From NCBI GenBank assembly GCA_019422105.1, contig JAHZDZ010000001.1:3491-67490 (forward strand): a stretch of DNA of 64,000 nt. The letters run 5' to 3'. Every line of letters begins with the position of its first letter. Position 1 is the stretch's first letter. Shown here one piece after another: positions 46,788 to 55,944 of this stretch. Both the position numbers and the translations under genes were made by a program. The stretch comes from Bacillota bacterium. GTDB lineage: Bacteria; Bacillota; Clostridia; Lachnospirales; Anaerotignaceae. The notes below the pieces were generated by a model. It worked only from the letters and a program-made list of their open reading frames with translations. It made no database searches and had not been told where the DNA came from.

Positions 46788-47642
46788 TTATTTTTTTAAA
46801 GTCCATCCACAGCTTCTGCAAAAGCTCTCCACAACCTGTTTCTTCTGAAACCCCTCCTTCATTCCGGCAGCCCTTGGAGACGCCAATATGTCGCCTAAAT
46901 CCGTCTCAAATAAATTTCCGATTGCCAAATCGCCCTCACTGTCCAGACAACAGGGAACTACAGTGCCATCTGCAAGTATTCCTATGTGATCCCTCAATGC
47001 AAAGCAGCCTCCTGACAAAAACCTATCCTCCCCGTTTCTGTCCGGCCATATAAACTCCCTTTCCTGCTGTAAATAGACATAGGGCGCAAGGGTCATGCCG
47101 TTTCCGGGAATAAGTCCGGCCTCCAGCGGCTTCGGAAGCCGGAAAGCCCTTTCAAGGGCCTCCAGCACAAAGAGGTTTTTGTCTTCCCTGCCCTCCTTTA
47201 GATTCCAAAGTCTGAAACAGCTGTAAATGCCTTTTTGCTGCGCCCTACTGACAAAGGATATAATATCATTCAGATACTGCTCCCTGCTCTTTGGGCACAG
47301 GTTCACTTCAAAGGAATGCAGTGAAAAATTAATCTGGCGCAGCGACCGTTTTTCCGAAAGCACCTCACTCCACCTGTCAATGAGCACACCGTTTGTCGTG
47401 ATATTGGCCTTTATGCCAAACTCCTCACATATATCCAAAAATAAGTCCAGCTTCCTGTGCAGCAGAGGCTCTCCCATTACGTGGAGATAGATAAAATCCG
47501 TATAAGGTTTTATCCTTTGTATCACCTCACGGAATTCCCGCTCACTCATAAATCTTTTATCCCGCTTTGTTTTATGGCAGAAGGGACAGGAGAGATTACA
47601 CACATTTGTAATTTCTACATATATCTTCTTTAGCTTTTTCAA
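46788..47642 (-). CDS. Radical SAM protein with a C-terminal SPASM/twitch-like Cys cluster
   Basis: VEITNVCNLSCPFC (CxxxCxxC). The C-terminal region GCFALRDH..DGTVVPCCLD...CRSCGW suggests an auxiliary Fe-S domain. Starts 17 nt downstream of cysK. Confidence 0.75.
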   Translation of the reverse strand: MKKLKKIYVEITNVCNLSCPFCHKTKRDKRFMSEREFREVIQRIKPYTDFIYLHVMGEPLLHRKLDLFLDICEEFGIKANITTNGVLIDRWSEVLSEKRSLRQINFSLHSFEVNLCPKSREQYLNDIISFVSRAQQKGIYSCFRLWNLKEGREDKNLFVLEALERAFRLPKPLEAGLIPGNGMTLAPYVYLQQEREFIWPDRNGEDRFLSGGCFALRDHIGILADGTVVPCCLDSEGDLAIGNLFETDLGDILASPRAAGMKEGFQKKQVVESFCRSCGWTLKK

Positions 47643-47659
47643 ACCGCACCGCCTGTAGT

Positions 47660-48589
47660 TTAGTCAAACAGGGCTGTAGACAAATATCTTTCCCCTGTAT
47701 CAGGAAGAATAACCACTATGTTTTTGCCCTTGTTCATCTTTCTTCTGCTGAGCTTTTTTGCAGCACAGATAGCTGCGCCGGAGGATATCCCCACCAGCAG
47801 CCCGTCTGTTTTCGCTACCTCCTTCGCCGTATCAATGGCTTCATCATCTCTGATACGGATAACCTCGTCTATAACCTCCCGGTTCAGCGCCTCCGGTACA
47901 AAGCCGGCGCCAATCCCCTGTATTCCATGCGCAGCAGCCAGTCCGCCGGAAAGCACAGCTGATTTATCCGGCTCCACAGCAATTATACTGATCTGCGGGT
48001 TATACTCCTTCAAAGCCTCACCAACGCCCGACAGCGTTCCTCCGCTGCCAACCCCCGCCACGAAGAAATCGATATTGCCGTCTGTATCCCTTATAATCTC
48101 CTGCGCCGTTGTCCGTTTATGTATGGCCGGGTTTGCCGGGTTTGAGAATTGATTCGGCATAAAAGAGCCCTCATTCTCCTTTAAAATTTCGTTTGCCTTG
48201 TCTATAGCGCCCTGCATGCCAAGTCTACCCGGCGTAAGCACAATATGCGCACCCAAGGCGGCAAGAAGCTTCCTCCTTTCAATACTCATAGTATCAGGCA
48301 TCGTCAGTATCAGCTTATACCCCTTTATGGCGGAAATAAATGCCAGTCCGACTCCCGTATTGCCGCTTGTCGGCTCTACAATAACAGAGCCCTCCTTCAA
48401 TATTCCTCTCTTTTCCGCATCCTCAATCATGCCGAGAGCCGCTCTGTCCTTCACAGATCCCAAGGGATTGAAATACTCCGGTTTTGCCAGAATATTAGCC
48501 TCAATATTGTTTTGTCTGCTGTAGTTTCCCAGTTTCACTAAAGGTGTGTTTCCAATTAAATCAATCAAGCTTTCTGCTATCCTTGCCAT
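47660..48589 (-). CDS. cysK: Cysteine synthase A (O-acetylserine sulfhydrylase)
   Basis: PLP-lysine motif GSVKDRAA, PTSGNTGVGLA and GVGSGGTLSG; 309 aa. Confidence 0.92.
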   Translation of the reverse strand: MARIAESLIDLIGNTPLVKLGNYSRQNNIEANILAKPEYFNPLGSVKDRAALGMIEDAEKRGILKEGSVIVEPTSGNTGVGLAFISAIKGYKLILTMPDTMSIERRKLLAALGAHIVLTPGRLGMQGAIDKANEILKENEGSFMPNQFSNPANPAIHKRTTAQEIIRDTDGNIDFFVAGVGSGGTLSGVGEALKEYNPQISIIAVEPDKSAVLSGGLAAAHGIQGIGAGFVPEALNREVIDEVIRIRDDEAIDTAKEVAKTDGLLVGISSGAAICAAKKLSRRKMNKGKNIVVILPDTGERYLSTALFD

Positions 48590-48678
48590 GTTAAAACCTC
48601 CCTTTGAATCGTTAATACTGTCTTTTTTATATGTTCATTATATTCTTTCCCATATGAAAAATCCACCGAAACCAATAG

Positions 48679-48704
48679 AAAAAGGAGATGCCGGAAACAT
48701 CTCC
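48679..48704 (-). terminator. Rho-independent terminator between the protease gene and cysK
   Basis: Minus strand reads GGAGATG-TTTCCGG-CATCTCC followed by TTTTTCTATT. Confidence 0.75.
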
Positions 48705-48933
48705 CCGATATATCAGAAAAATCAATGCCTTGTGGGCTCTGCCCTCCTTTCCCGCAGGGGGGCACCCCGACCCTTACAAAACCGCGCACTCGAACACTTT
48801 TAAATGTTTCTGCCCATCTTTTTTTTAAAAATCGGACAGACCATTCCATGCTCGCTGTTCCATAAACTTTTTCTCACAGCACTCTGAGAAAAAGCATCAT
48901 ACCTCTTCCCCTTCTGCAATGTGCACAAATTTC

Positions 48934-50241
48934 TTACACCTCACCGCCAAAGGATACATACAAGGGATCGCTCAAAGGAGATTCCACTCCGTCCTTCACT
49001 GAGGAAACCCTGTAATAATACATATGCTTTCCCTTAGCCGATAAACCAAAACAGCTTGGGTAGCCCCAATACCAGTTTATGGTGTCATTGCCCGGGTTTT
49101 GCATCCGTATATATTCTCCGTCCTTTTCCTTGCTTCTGTAGACATAATAATTATCGATGCCGTAAATATTATCCCAGCTGATATACGCCTTTCCGTCTGC
49201 ATAATCGACCCGCAGATTCTGCACCTTAACAGGAAGAGGCGTCAGCACGGAGGTTTCCTTCAGGGTATAGCCTCCGTTTGTACGGAGGGCATTCAGCTTA
49301 TTGACAGGCACAGAGAAATATTTTCCATCGGAATCATAGGAGGAACAGATGCCAATCAACTCCCCCTTTTCGTTAAAGAGACCTCCTCCGCTGCTTCCAT
49401 GCTCTATTTTCGCTGTTGAATAAATAATACTTTCCGTGAAGCTTTGGACAGTGCCCGTCGTAACCGCATTTTTTATTCCCTGAGGTGAGCTGATTGCCGT
49501 TACGGGTTGACCGGCTGTAAGACCTTTGGCATCTCCCATTTTTGCGGGACTGAGATTTTTAGCGTCTATTTTCAGGACAGCCAAATCATTTGCCATATCA
49601 TAGCCCTCCACTGTCACATCTCCGGTATATATTCTTCCGTTGTCAAACAAAACAGATACTGTAGTAGCACCCTCTATCACATGAAAGTTTGTGGCAATAA
49701 GCCCATCCTTAGACAATATAACGCCGCTGCCCTGCATTTTGTTTGTTGTCACCATGACAACGGCATCGGACAGAGATGTTTCACGGTTTAGAAACTGCTT
49801 TGAGGTAATATGGACTATCCTTGTTTCCTCGTTCCAGTCCACCTGGGCCTTAGCCGATTCCGCAACAAAACGAAGCGGCACCATCGTCCTTTGAGACAGT
49901 ATTTCAGGAGCCGCCTCAAGCTCCAGCACCTCTCCGTTTCGGTAGGCATCAGTCTGCCCTATGGTCAGCTTTATTTCCGTTTCTCCATCATTTCCCGTAA
50001 CCGTCTTCGATGCCTCGTCCCAGGTTACCCGAAAGCCCATTTCCTCAAAAATATCCCGCATTCCAACCATTGTCCTGCCATTTTTTATAACAGGCTGTAC
50101 ATCAAAAAGCACTTTTTCATTGTCCACAAACACTGTTATGCCGCTCTGGGCAAAAACCGCGGCAGATAGAACAATACAAAGCGCTGTCACTGATAATAGC
50201 GCTGTCACTGATAATAATATACTTTTCCATTTCGATAACAT
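48934..50241 (-). CDS. Secreted trypsin-like serine protease (S1C) with a copper-amine-oxidase-N-like stalk domain and a C-terminal Fn3-like domain
   Basis: Signal/TM segment. The stalk domain (NGRTMVGMRDIFEEMGFRVTWD, RTMVPLRFVAE) is followed by the catalytic triad contexts TNFHVIEG, NDLAVLKI and GSSGGGLF. The ATG at 50241 follows GAAGGTG; the ORF track starts at 50310. Confidence 0.8.
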   Translation of the reverse strand: MLSKWKSILLSVTALLSVTALCIVLSAAVFAQSGITVFVDNEKVLFDVQPVIKNGRTMVGMRDIFEEMGFRVTWDEASKTVTGNDGETEIKLTIGQTDAYRNGEVLELEAAPEILSQRTMVPLRFVAESAKAQVDWNEETRIVHITSKQFLNRETSLSDAVVMVTTNKMQGSGVILSKDGLIATNFHVIEGATTVSVLFDNGRIYTGDVTVEGYDMANDLAVLKIDAKNLSPAKMGDAKGLTAGQPVTAISSPQGIKNAVTTGTVQSFTESIIYSTAKIEHGSSGGGLFNEKGELIGICSSYDSDGKYFSVPVNKLNALRTNGGYTLKETSVLTPLPVKVQNLRVDYADGKAYISWDNIYGIDNYYVYRSKEKDGEYIRMQNPGNDTINWYWGYPSCFGLSAKGKHMYYYRVSSVKDGVESPLSDPLYVSFGGEV

Positions 50242-50525
50242 ATCCGCACCTTCTTTTTGTATGCTGTCATTATACCGTAAAAATAAAAAAAAGAAAGGTT
50301 TATTGCTCATTTTTAATACGATTGTAACATGATGGCCGCCTCTTTCTCTTCATGTACAAAACAAAAAAATGTGTATGCCAAAGGCCTATTTTTAAATAGC
50401 GCACTTTTCCCGAATTTTTAGCGCATAACCTTCATACAATGTAACAGCGCACAATCACAGGTTTTATCTCCCTCCTAAATAAAAAAGCGATTCTACTACA
50501 TACCTGAAAAAGGAGTAAAACCCAC

Positions 50526-50750
50526 ATGACATTAAATGATTTGAGAACCGGTGAAAAATGCAGGGTGCTGGAAGTAGGTTCACAGGGAGCCGTCAGAAGA
50601 CGCCTTTTTGATATGGGAATCACACCCGGTACAATAATCAAACTGCGTAAGAAAGCCCCCTTCGGCGATCCCCTGCTCTTAGCACTTCGAGGCTATCAGC
50701 TCAGCATTCGAAAAAAAGAAGCAAAAGAAATTAAAATAGAAAAACTATAG
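50526..50750 (+). CDS. feoA: FeoA-family iron transport protein
   Basis: 74 aa, SH3-like (LRTGEKCRVLEV...RRRLFDMGITPGT). Directly upstream of feoB. Confidence 0.88.
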   Translation: MTLNDLRTGEKCRVLEVGSQGAVRRRLFDMGITPGTIIKLRKKAPFGDPLLLALRGYQLSIRKKEAKEIKIEKL

Positions 50751-50771
50751 AATACAAAGGAGTGGTCTCTT

Positions 50772-52844
50772 ATGCTTACTATCGGCCTGGCAGGAAATCC
50801 AAACTGCGGAAAAACTACACTTTTTAATATGCTCACGAAAAGCAACGCTCATGTGGGAAACTGGCCCGGCGTCACTGTAGACAGGAAGGAGGGCATTTAC
50901 CAGAATCAAGAAGGGAAAAACGCCGGCATCATAGATCTCCCCGGTATTTATTCCCTCTCACCCTATACGCCGGAAGAAATTATCGCCAGAAGCTTTTTGC
51001 TGGAGGACACCCCAAGCATCATTATAAATATTGTTGACGCGACAAACATAGAGCGAAATCTCTATCTGACAACACAGCTGATGGAGCTTGACTGCCCTCT
51101 TGTCATAGCGCTCAATATGATTGATTTGGTGGAAAAAGAGGGAGGATATGTTGATGCAGACGGATTATCCCGCCTTCTTCATGTACCCGTTATTCCCATC
51201 TCCGCCGCAAGCGGTATGGGTGTGGACAAGCTTATGGAAACCGCCTTCCAAACCGCCTTCCGCCGGCGGCAGGGATATAGTATATTACATAAAACGATGC
51301 TTTCACCCTTTATCAGTGAAATAAACAGACAGCTTCTAGATGTCCCCCTCCGCCATAAGCTGTTTTACAGTATTAAAATTCTTGAAAATGACAGTATGAC
51401 AATGAAAACTGAGGCTTTGAGCCCGCTAAGCGCCCCCATACAGTCCGTACGCCAAAAGGCATGCGCTTCTGAGCGATATGGAGATATGGAAGCGGCCGTA
51501 GCCGATTTGCGGTACCAGTATATTACGTCTAACTGCACCGCCTTTCTCTTAAAGGGGCAGAAAACGGAAGAAATAAACCGTTCCGAAAAATGGGACAGGC
51601 TTTTTACCAACCGTATCGCGGGAATTCCTATTTTTTTGCTGCTCATGTTCTTTGTGTTCCATTTTACATTCAGCAAAAGCCTCTTTGGCATTGAGGGTCT
51701 TCCCTCCCCCGGTGTTTTTTTGCAGGAGCTGACCCTTAAGCTTATGTCATATGCGGAAAATGCCATTCTTCTGCTTCTTGATAAAATGAATGCCTCCCCC
51801 TGGACCTACGGTCTCATCATAGACGGCATCATAGGAGGCGTAGGCTCTGTTCTTTCTTTCATTCCGCAGATACTGTGCCTTTTCCTGTTCCTATCCATAC
51901 TGGAGGACAGCGGATATATGGCAAGAGCCGCATTTTTGATGGATCAGCTTTTACGCAAGGCAGGGCTTTCCGGCAGGGCCTTCCTGCCGCTTTTAATGGG
52001 CTTTGGCTGCAGCGTTCCTGCCATTATGGCAGCCAGAACGCTGGAAAACGAAAAGGACAGGCGCATAACCATGATGATTATCCCCTACATGTCCTGCGGC
52101 GCCAAACTTCCGATTTATGCCATGTTTGCTGCGGCGCTGTTTCGTGATAACGCGGATACAGTTATTTTCGGCATGTATTTTATCGGCATTATCGCCGCGA
52201 TAGCCTCCGCCCTTGTGCTGAAAAACACATTGTTCCAAAAGGATGAAGCCCCCTTTATACTGGAGCTTCCAGCCTACCATAAGCCCTCCGCGGGAAGTCT
52301 CGCCTCCCTGCTGTGGGAAAAGCTGAAGGATTACCTGTCCAGAGCCGGTACAATTATTTTATTTTCAACACTCGTCATATGGATGATGTCAAATTTTAAC
52401 TTTTCACTTCATATGGTGGAGGCAAACAGCAGCCAGAGTATGCTCGGCATTGTCGGAACCGTACTGACTCCTCTCTTCCGTCCTCTTGGCTTTATTGCAG
52501 ATGCAGAAGGATGGAAACCTATTGTGGCCATATTGACAGGCTTAATCGCCAAAGAGGCTGTCGTCTCCACCATAGGCATACTATACGCTCCCGCCGGTAT
52601 GGCATCCGCAGCAGGTTCGAATCAGGCTTTGTTTTCCGTGCTGTCTGCTGTCTTTACCCCCTTAAGCGCCGTTTCCTTTATGGCCTTTAACCTGCTTTGT
52701 ATTCCCTGTATTGCGGCCGTATCCGCATTAAAAACAGAGATGGCTTCCCTAAAGTGGACATGTATTACCTTTATTTTTTGGATTTCCACCGCCTACCTTG
52801 TCTCCTTTTCCATTTACCGCCTGGGAACCCTTCTCGGTTTTTGA
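50772..52844 (+). CDS. feoB: Ferrous iron transporter FeoB
   Basis: N-terminal G-domain GNPNCGKTTLFN, DLPG and NMID, followed by a polytopic membrane domain; 690 aa. Confidence 0.93.
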   Translation: MLTIGLAGNPNCGKTTLFNMLTKSNAHVGNWPGVTVDRKEGIYQNQEGKNAGIIDLPGIYSLSPYTPEEIIARSFLLEDTPSIIINIVDATNIERNLYLTTQLMELDCPLVIALNMIDLVEKEGGYVDADGLSRLLHVPVIPISAASGMGVDKLMETAFQTAFRRRQGYSILHKTMLSPFISEINRQLLDVPLRHKLFYSIKILENDSMTMKTEALSPLSAPIQSVRQKACASERYGDMEAAVADLRYQYITSNCTAFLLKGQKTEEINRSEKWDRLFTNRIAGIPIFLLLMFFVFHFTFSKSLFGIEGLPSPGVFLQELTLKLMSYAENAILLLLDKMNASPWTYGLIIDGIIGGVGSVLSFIPQILCLFLFLSILEDSGYMARAAFLMDQLLRKAGLSGRAFLPLLMGFGCSVPAIMAARTLENEKDRRITMMIIPYMSCGAKLPIYAMFAAALFRDNADTVIFGMYFIGIIAAIASALVLKNTLFQKDEAPFILELPAYHKPSAGSLASLLWEKLKDYLSRAGTIILFSTLVIWMMSNFNFSLHMVEANSSQSMLGIVGTVLTPLFRPLGFIADAEGWKPIVAILTGLIAKEAVVSTIGILYAPAGMASAAGSNQALFSVLSAVFTPLSAVSFMAFNLLCIPCIAAVSALKTEMASLKWTCITFIFWISTAYLVSFSIYRLGTLLGF

Positions 52845-52854
52845 CCGAAATGAA

Positions 52855-52883
52855 TTGCGGCCTAACTTTTTTCTGGGTATAAT
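52855..52883 (+). promoter_or_regulatory. Sigma-A-like promoter for glcK
   Basis: TTGCGG (52855-52860), 17-nt spacer ending TGG, TATAAT (52878-52883). Confidence 0.55.
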
Positions 52884-52921
52884 AGAGATACTGAACTGAT
52901 AGAAAAAGGAGGCCTGCGGCC

Positions 52922-53866
52922 ATGTCTCAAAAAATATGCTTCGGCGCCGATATGGGCGGCACTACGATTAAAATAGGATACTTTACAGCAGAGGGCGAAT
53001 TGCTGGAAAAATGGGAGATAAAAACCCGCAAGGAAAAGAATGGTGATTATATACTGGGGGATTTAGCAGACTCCATATTCAATAAAATGAGAGAAAAAAA
53101 AATAAATCCTGACAACGTAATCGGTATCGGCCTTGGCGTTCCCGGCCCTGTATTGGAAGACGGCACCGTTAATATTTGTGTAAACGTGGGATGGGGTGTT
53201 TTCAACGTTGAAAGAGAGCTGTCAGAGCTCACCGGAATGAAAACCAGGGTAAATAATGACGCAAATGTAGCTGCGCTGGGTGAAATGTGGCAGGGAGGCG
53301 GCAAGGGTTTTCAAAGCATTGTGATGATTACCCTCGGTACCGGCGTAGGCGGCGGCCTGATTATTAACGGAGAAATCGTATCGGGAAATAATGGCGCCGC
53401 CGGAGAAATCGGCCATATGACCATAAACCCGAAAGAAAAGGATACCTGTAACTGCGGCAAACACGGCTGTCTGGAACAATATGCATCCGCTACAGGTATA
53501 GTGAGGGTTGCAAGGCAGCACGCCAGGCTTTATACCGGAAGCTCCATGTTAAAGGATAAGCCTATCTTCTCCGCCAAGGATGTTCTGGATGCGGCTAAAG
53601 CAGGTGACGCTTTGGCCTGCGAAATCATGGATGAGGTATGTGAGTATCTTGGCCTTGCACTTGCCAATGTCAGCGCCGTGTCAGACCCGGAGGCCTATGT
53701 GATAGGCGGCGGCGTTTCCAAAGCAGGAGAGTATCTAATAAAGCAGATTGAGAAATACTACAAAAAATACGCCTTCCACGCCAGCCGCAATACTGTATTC
53801 AAACTGGCGACCCTGGGAAATAACGCGGGTATTTACGGAAGCGCCAAGATGATGCTGGGCAAATAG
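52922..53866 (+). CDS. glcK: ROK-family glucokinase
   Basis: GADMGGTTIK ATP motif, LGTGVGGG and the zinc motif GHMTI..KDTCNCGKHGCLEQYAS. Confidence 0.88.
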   Translation: MSQKICFGADMGGTTIKIGYFTAEGELLEKWEIKTRKEKNGDYILGDLADSIFNKMREKKINPDNVIGIGLGVPGPVLEDGTVNICVNVGWGVFNVERELSELTGMKTRVNNDANVAALGEMWQGGGKGFQSIVMITLGTGVGGGLIINGEIVSGNNGAAGEIGHMTINPKEKDTCNCGKHGCLEQYASATGIVRVARQHARLYTGSSMLKDKPIFSAKDVLDAAKAGDALACEIMDEVCEYLGLALANVSAVSDPEAYVIGGGVSKAGEYLIKQIEKYYKKYAFHASRNTVFKLATLGNNAGIYGSAKMMLGK

Positions 53867-54145
53867 CAAAGCATACTTCTATTGACAGCTCTGCTTTCTC
53901 GCCATCTCTCTTCTAAATGGGGTAACAAAACGTGCCCCCTGTGCATATACTGTATAGAAACAGCAAAAAATGTTAGTGTTGACACACCGCGGTCATAAAA
54001 GCTATCATCCATAAAATAATATTTTTTCCAGTGACATAAATCAGGATAATCTTATCCGGGCTTAATCAAGCAGCAGAAGACCAACTGCGGGACAATTTAT
54101 TGCCCCGCTTTTTTAATGAATCTCAATCATAAAGGAGTAACAGAT

Positions 54146-55045
54146 ATGGATAACAACCTGTCAGACAATACAGACTCCATACGGCTTAGGGAGGCAAACA
54201 AAGTGGAGTATACCACGCTTGCCGCCAATATGATACTTTCCGTCATCAAGGTAACAGTCGGATTTTTGGCGTCAAGTGCCGCCATGATAGCCGATGGTAT
54301 TCACACGGTAAGCGATGTGATTACCACTGTTGCCGTAATCGTGGGCATGAAGTTTTCTTCCCTGCCTGATGATGAAGAGCATCCCTACGGTCATGAAAAA
54401 ATAGAATCTGTCGTCGCAAAAATGCTCTCCCTTGTCCTTATGGCAACCGCTCTTTTTATCGGCTATTCCGGCATCCGCACAATACTCAGGCACCAATATA
54501 CAAGGCCTGGAATTATGGCTGTTGCCGCCGCTGTACTCTCCATAGCGGTAAAGGAAATCATGTACCGATACACTATCAAAGCCGCAGACAAACTCAACAG
54601 TGCCGCCTTGAAGGCAGATGCCTGGCATCACCGTTCCGACGCTTTTTCCTCCGTTGGCACATTAATTGGCATAGCAGGCGCCCGTATTGGATTCCCCGTA
54701 TTGGACCCTCTGGCCGCAATAGTTGTCTGCTTTATGATTATTAAGGTCGGCTGTTCTATTTTCATACAATCCTTCAATGAACTTATCGACCGCGCAGCTG
54801 ACAGGGAAACCAATGAAAAAATGAAAAACACCATAAGGCAAATCAATGGCGTGAGAAAAATTGATATGCTGAAAACCCGAATCCACGGCTCTAAAATCTA
54901 TGTGGATGTCGAAATTGCTGTCGACGCTCAATGCTCTGTCAAAGAAGGACATATCATCGCGGAAGAGGTGCATGATAATATTGAGGAAAGCTTTTCCAAC
55001 GTAAAACATTGTATGGTTCATGTCAATCCATATACTGCAAAATAA
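54146..55045 (+). CDS. Cation diffusion facilitator (CDF) family transporter
   Basis: Six TM helices with the HTVSD and HHRSD metal-site motifs and a C-terminal cytoplasmic domain. The ATG at 54146 follows AAGGAG; the ORF track starts at 54116. Confidence 0.88.
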   Translation: MDNNLSDNTDSIRLREANKVEYTTLAANMILSVIKVTVGFLASSAAMIADGIHTVSDVITTVAVIVGMKFSSLPDDEEHPYGHEKIESVVAKMLSLVLMATALFIGYSGIRTILRHQYTRPGIMAVAAAVLSIAVKEIMYRYTIKAADKLNSAALKADAWHHRSDAFSSVGTLIGIAGARIGFPVLDPLAAIVVCFMIIKVGCSIFIQSFNELIDRAADRETNEKMKNTIRQINGVRKIDMLKTRIHGSKIYVDVEIAVDAQCSVKEGHIIAEEVHDNIEESFSNVKHCMVHVNPYTAK

Positions 55046-55135
55046 CTGACGCCATTAAAATTCCACCGGAGCATTTTATGAAATATCTATGAAACGGCGT
55101 GGGGAGCTCAAGGAAACATTTCCTTGACAAAAAAA

Positions 55136-55170
55136 GAGAAGGAAGCCTTATTTTTCAGGCCTTCCCTCTC
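55136..55170 (-). terminator. Imperfect hairpin terminator after the DUF1847-like gene
   Basis: Minus strand reads GAGAGGGAAGGCC-loop-GGCTTCCTTCTC followed by TTTTTTTGTC. Confidence 0.55.
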
Positions 55171-55266
55171 CGAAGTGTCAACATATGGCACTCATTTTCT
55201 GCGCCCTTTTTTCGTGAAGGACATGCCTTCGTTTACCTACGGCATGAACTTTTCACCCTCTATCCC

Positions 55267-55926
55267 TTAAACATTTTCCTCTTCCTGAGGGATTAATAAT
55301 TTTTTATAGTATCCCTCTGTCATATAAAGAGGCTGTGCGGGACAGTGTCCCGTCACCCTGTCCTTTGCAAGAAGCACTGAGCTCGGCGCCTCCGCATATT
55401 TAAAAAACAGAGAGTCATGCCCTACACAAAGTCCAATCACCACATTAAAATCCGTTTTCTCCTCATTGAGTATTTTTGCCTGCAAAATGGGATTGCACAT
55501 GGATTCATGGCTGCCCGGCTGAATTTTATCACTTTCTGGCAGATCAAGAAAAGTTTTGTCAACGCTGCCCACCTTGCAAACCACGCCCCTTGGCTCAAAC
55601 CCATTGATCCGCAGTATTTTCGCAAAGGTTCTGGCCTCCGCAAGTGTGCCCACACAGGTTGCGATGCCAACTCTCCTGGCGCCTATTTTTTTCATCAGGC
55701 GTATTGTCTCCTCCACCCTTGTAAGTTTACAATAGTAGTGTGCCTCTATCTGGGCTGACGCTCTTGAAATCTTATAGTTCATTTCATCTTCCCGGTAGAG
55801 CTTCATTGTCTCATCCAAAAATCCCGGATCCATTTCCGCCGTCCTGCACCCCTTTGGATAAGGGCCGTTTCTTTTGCTGCACGTTTTTACTGCACAATCA
55901 CTGCACGTAAAGTCTTTTAAATCCAT
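55267..55926 (-). CDS. Cys-rich metal-binding protein (DUF1847-like as I recall the family)
   Basis: 219 aa with an N-terminal CSDCAVKTC..GC cluster, MCNPILQAKILN and GLCVGHDSLF motifs. Confidence 0.55.
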   Translation of the reverse strand: MDLKDFTCSDCAVKTCSKRNGPYPKGCRTAEMDPGFLDETMKLYREDEMNYKISRASAQIEAHYYCKLTRVEETIRLMKKIGARRVGIATCVGTLAEARTFAKILRINGFEPRGVVCKVGSVDKTFLDLPESDKIQPGSHESMCNPILQAKILNEEKTDFNVVIGLCVGHDSLFFKYAEAPSSVLLAKDRVTGHCPAQPLYMTEGYYKKLLIPQEEENV

Positions 55927-55944
55927 TTTTAATCCCCCCTGAAA

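Noticed and set aside
46442-46800. RiPP precursor peptide next to the SPASM-like radical SAM gene
   Set aside because: The only candidates are tiny ORFs of 6-12 codons (for example MIFVDEILYFCK) without ribosome-binding sites. The evidence is insufficient to call a gene.
48590-48933. T-box or SAM/S-box leader upstream of cysK
   Set aside because: I found no T-box sequence (AGGGTGGNACCGCG), no specifier-loop architecture and no S-box core. The hairpin at 48679-48704 is more simply the terminator of the upstream protease gene, with a TGGATT-17-TATAAT promoter for cysK after it.
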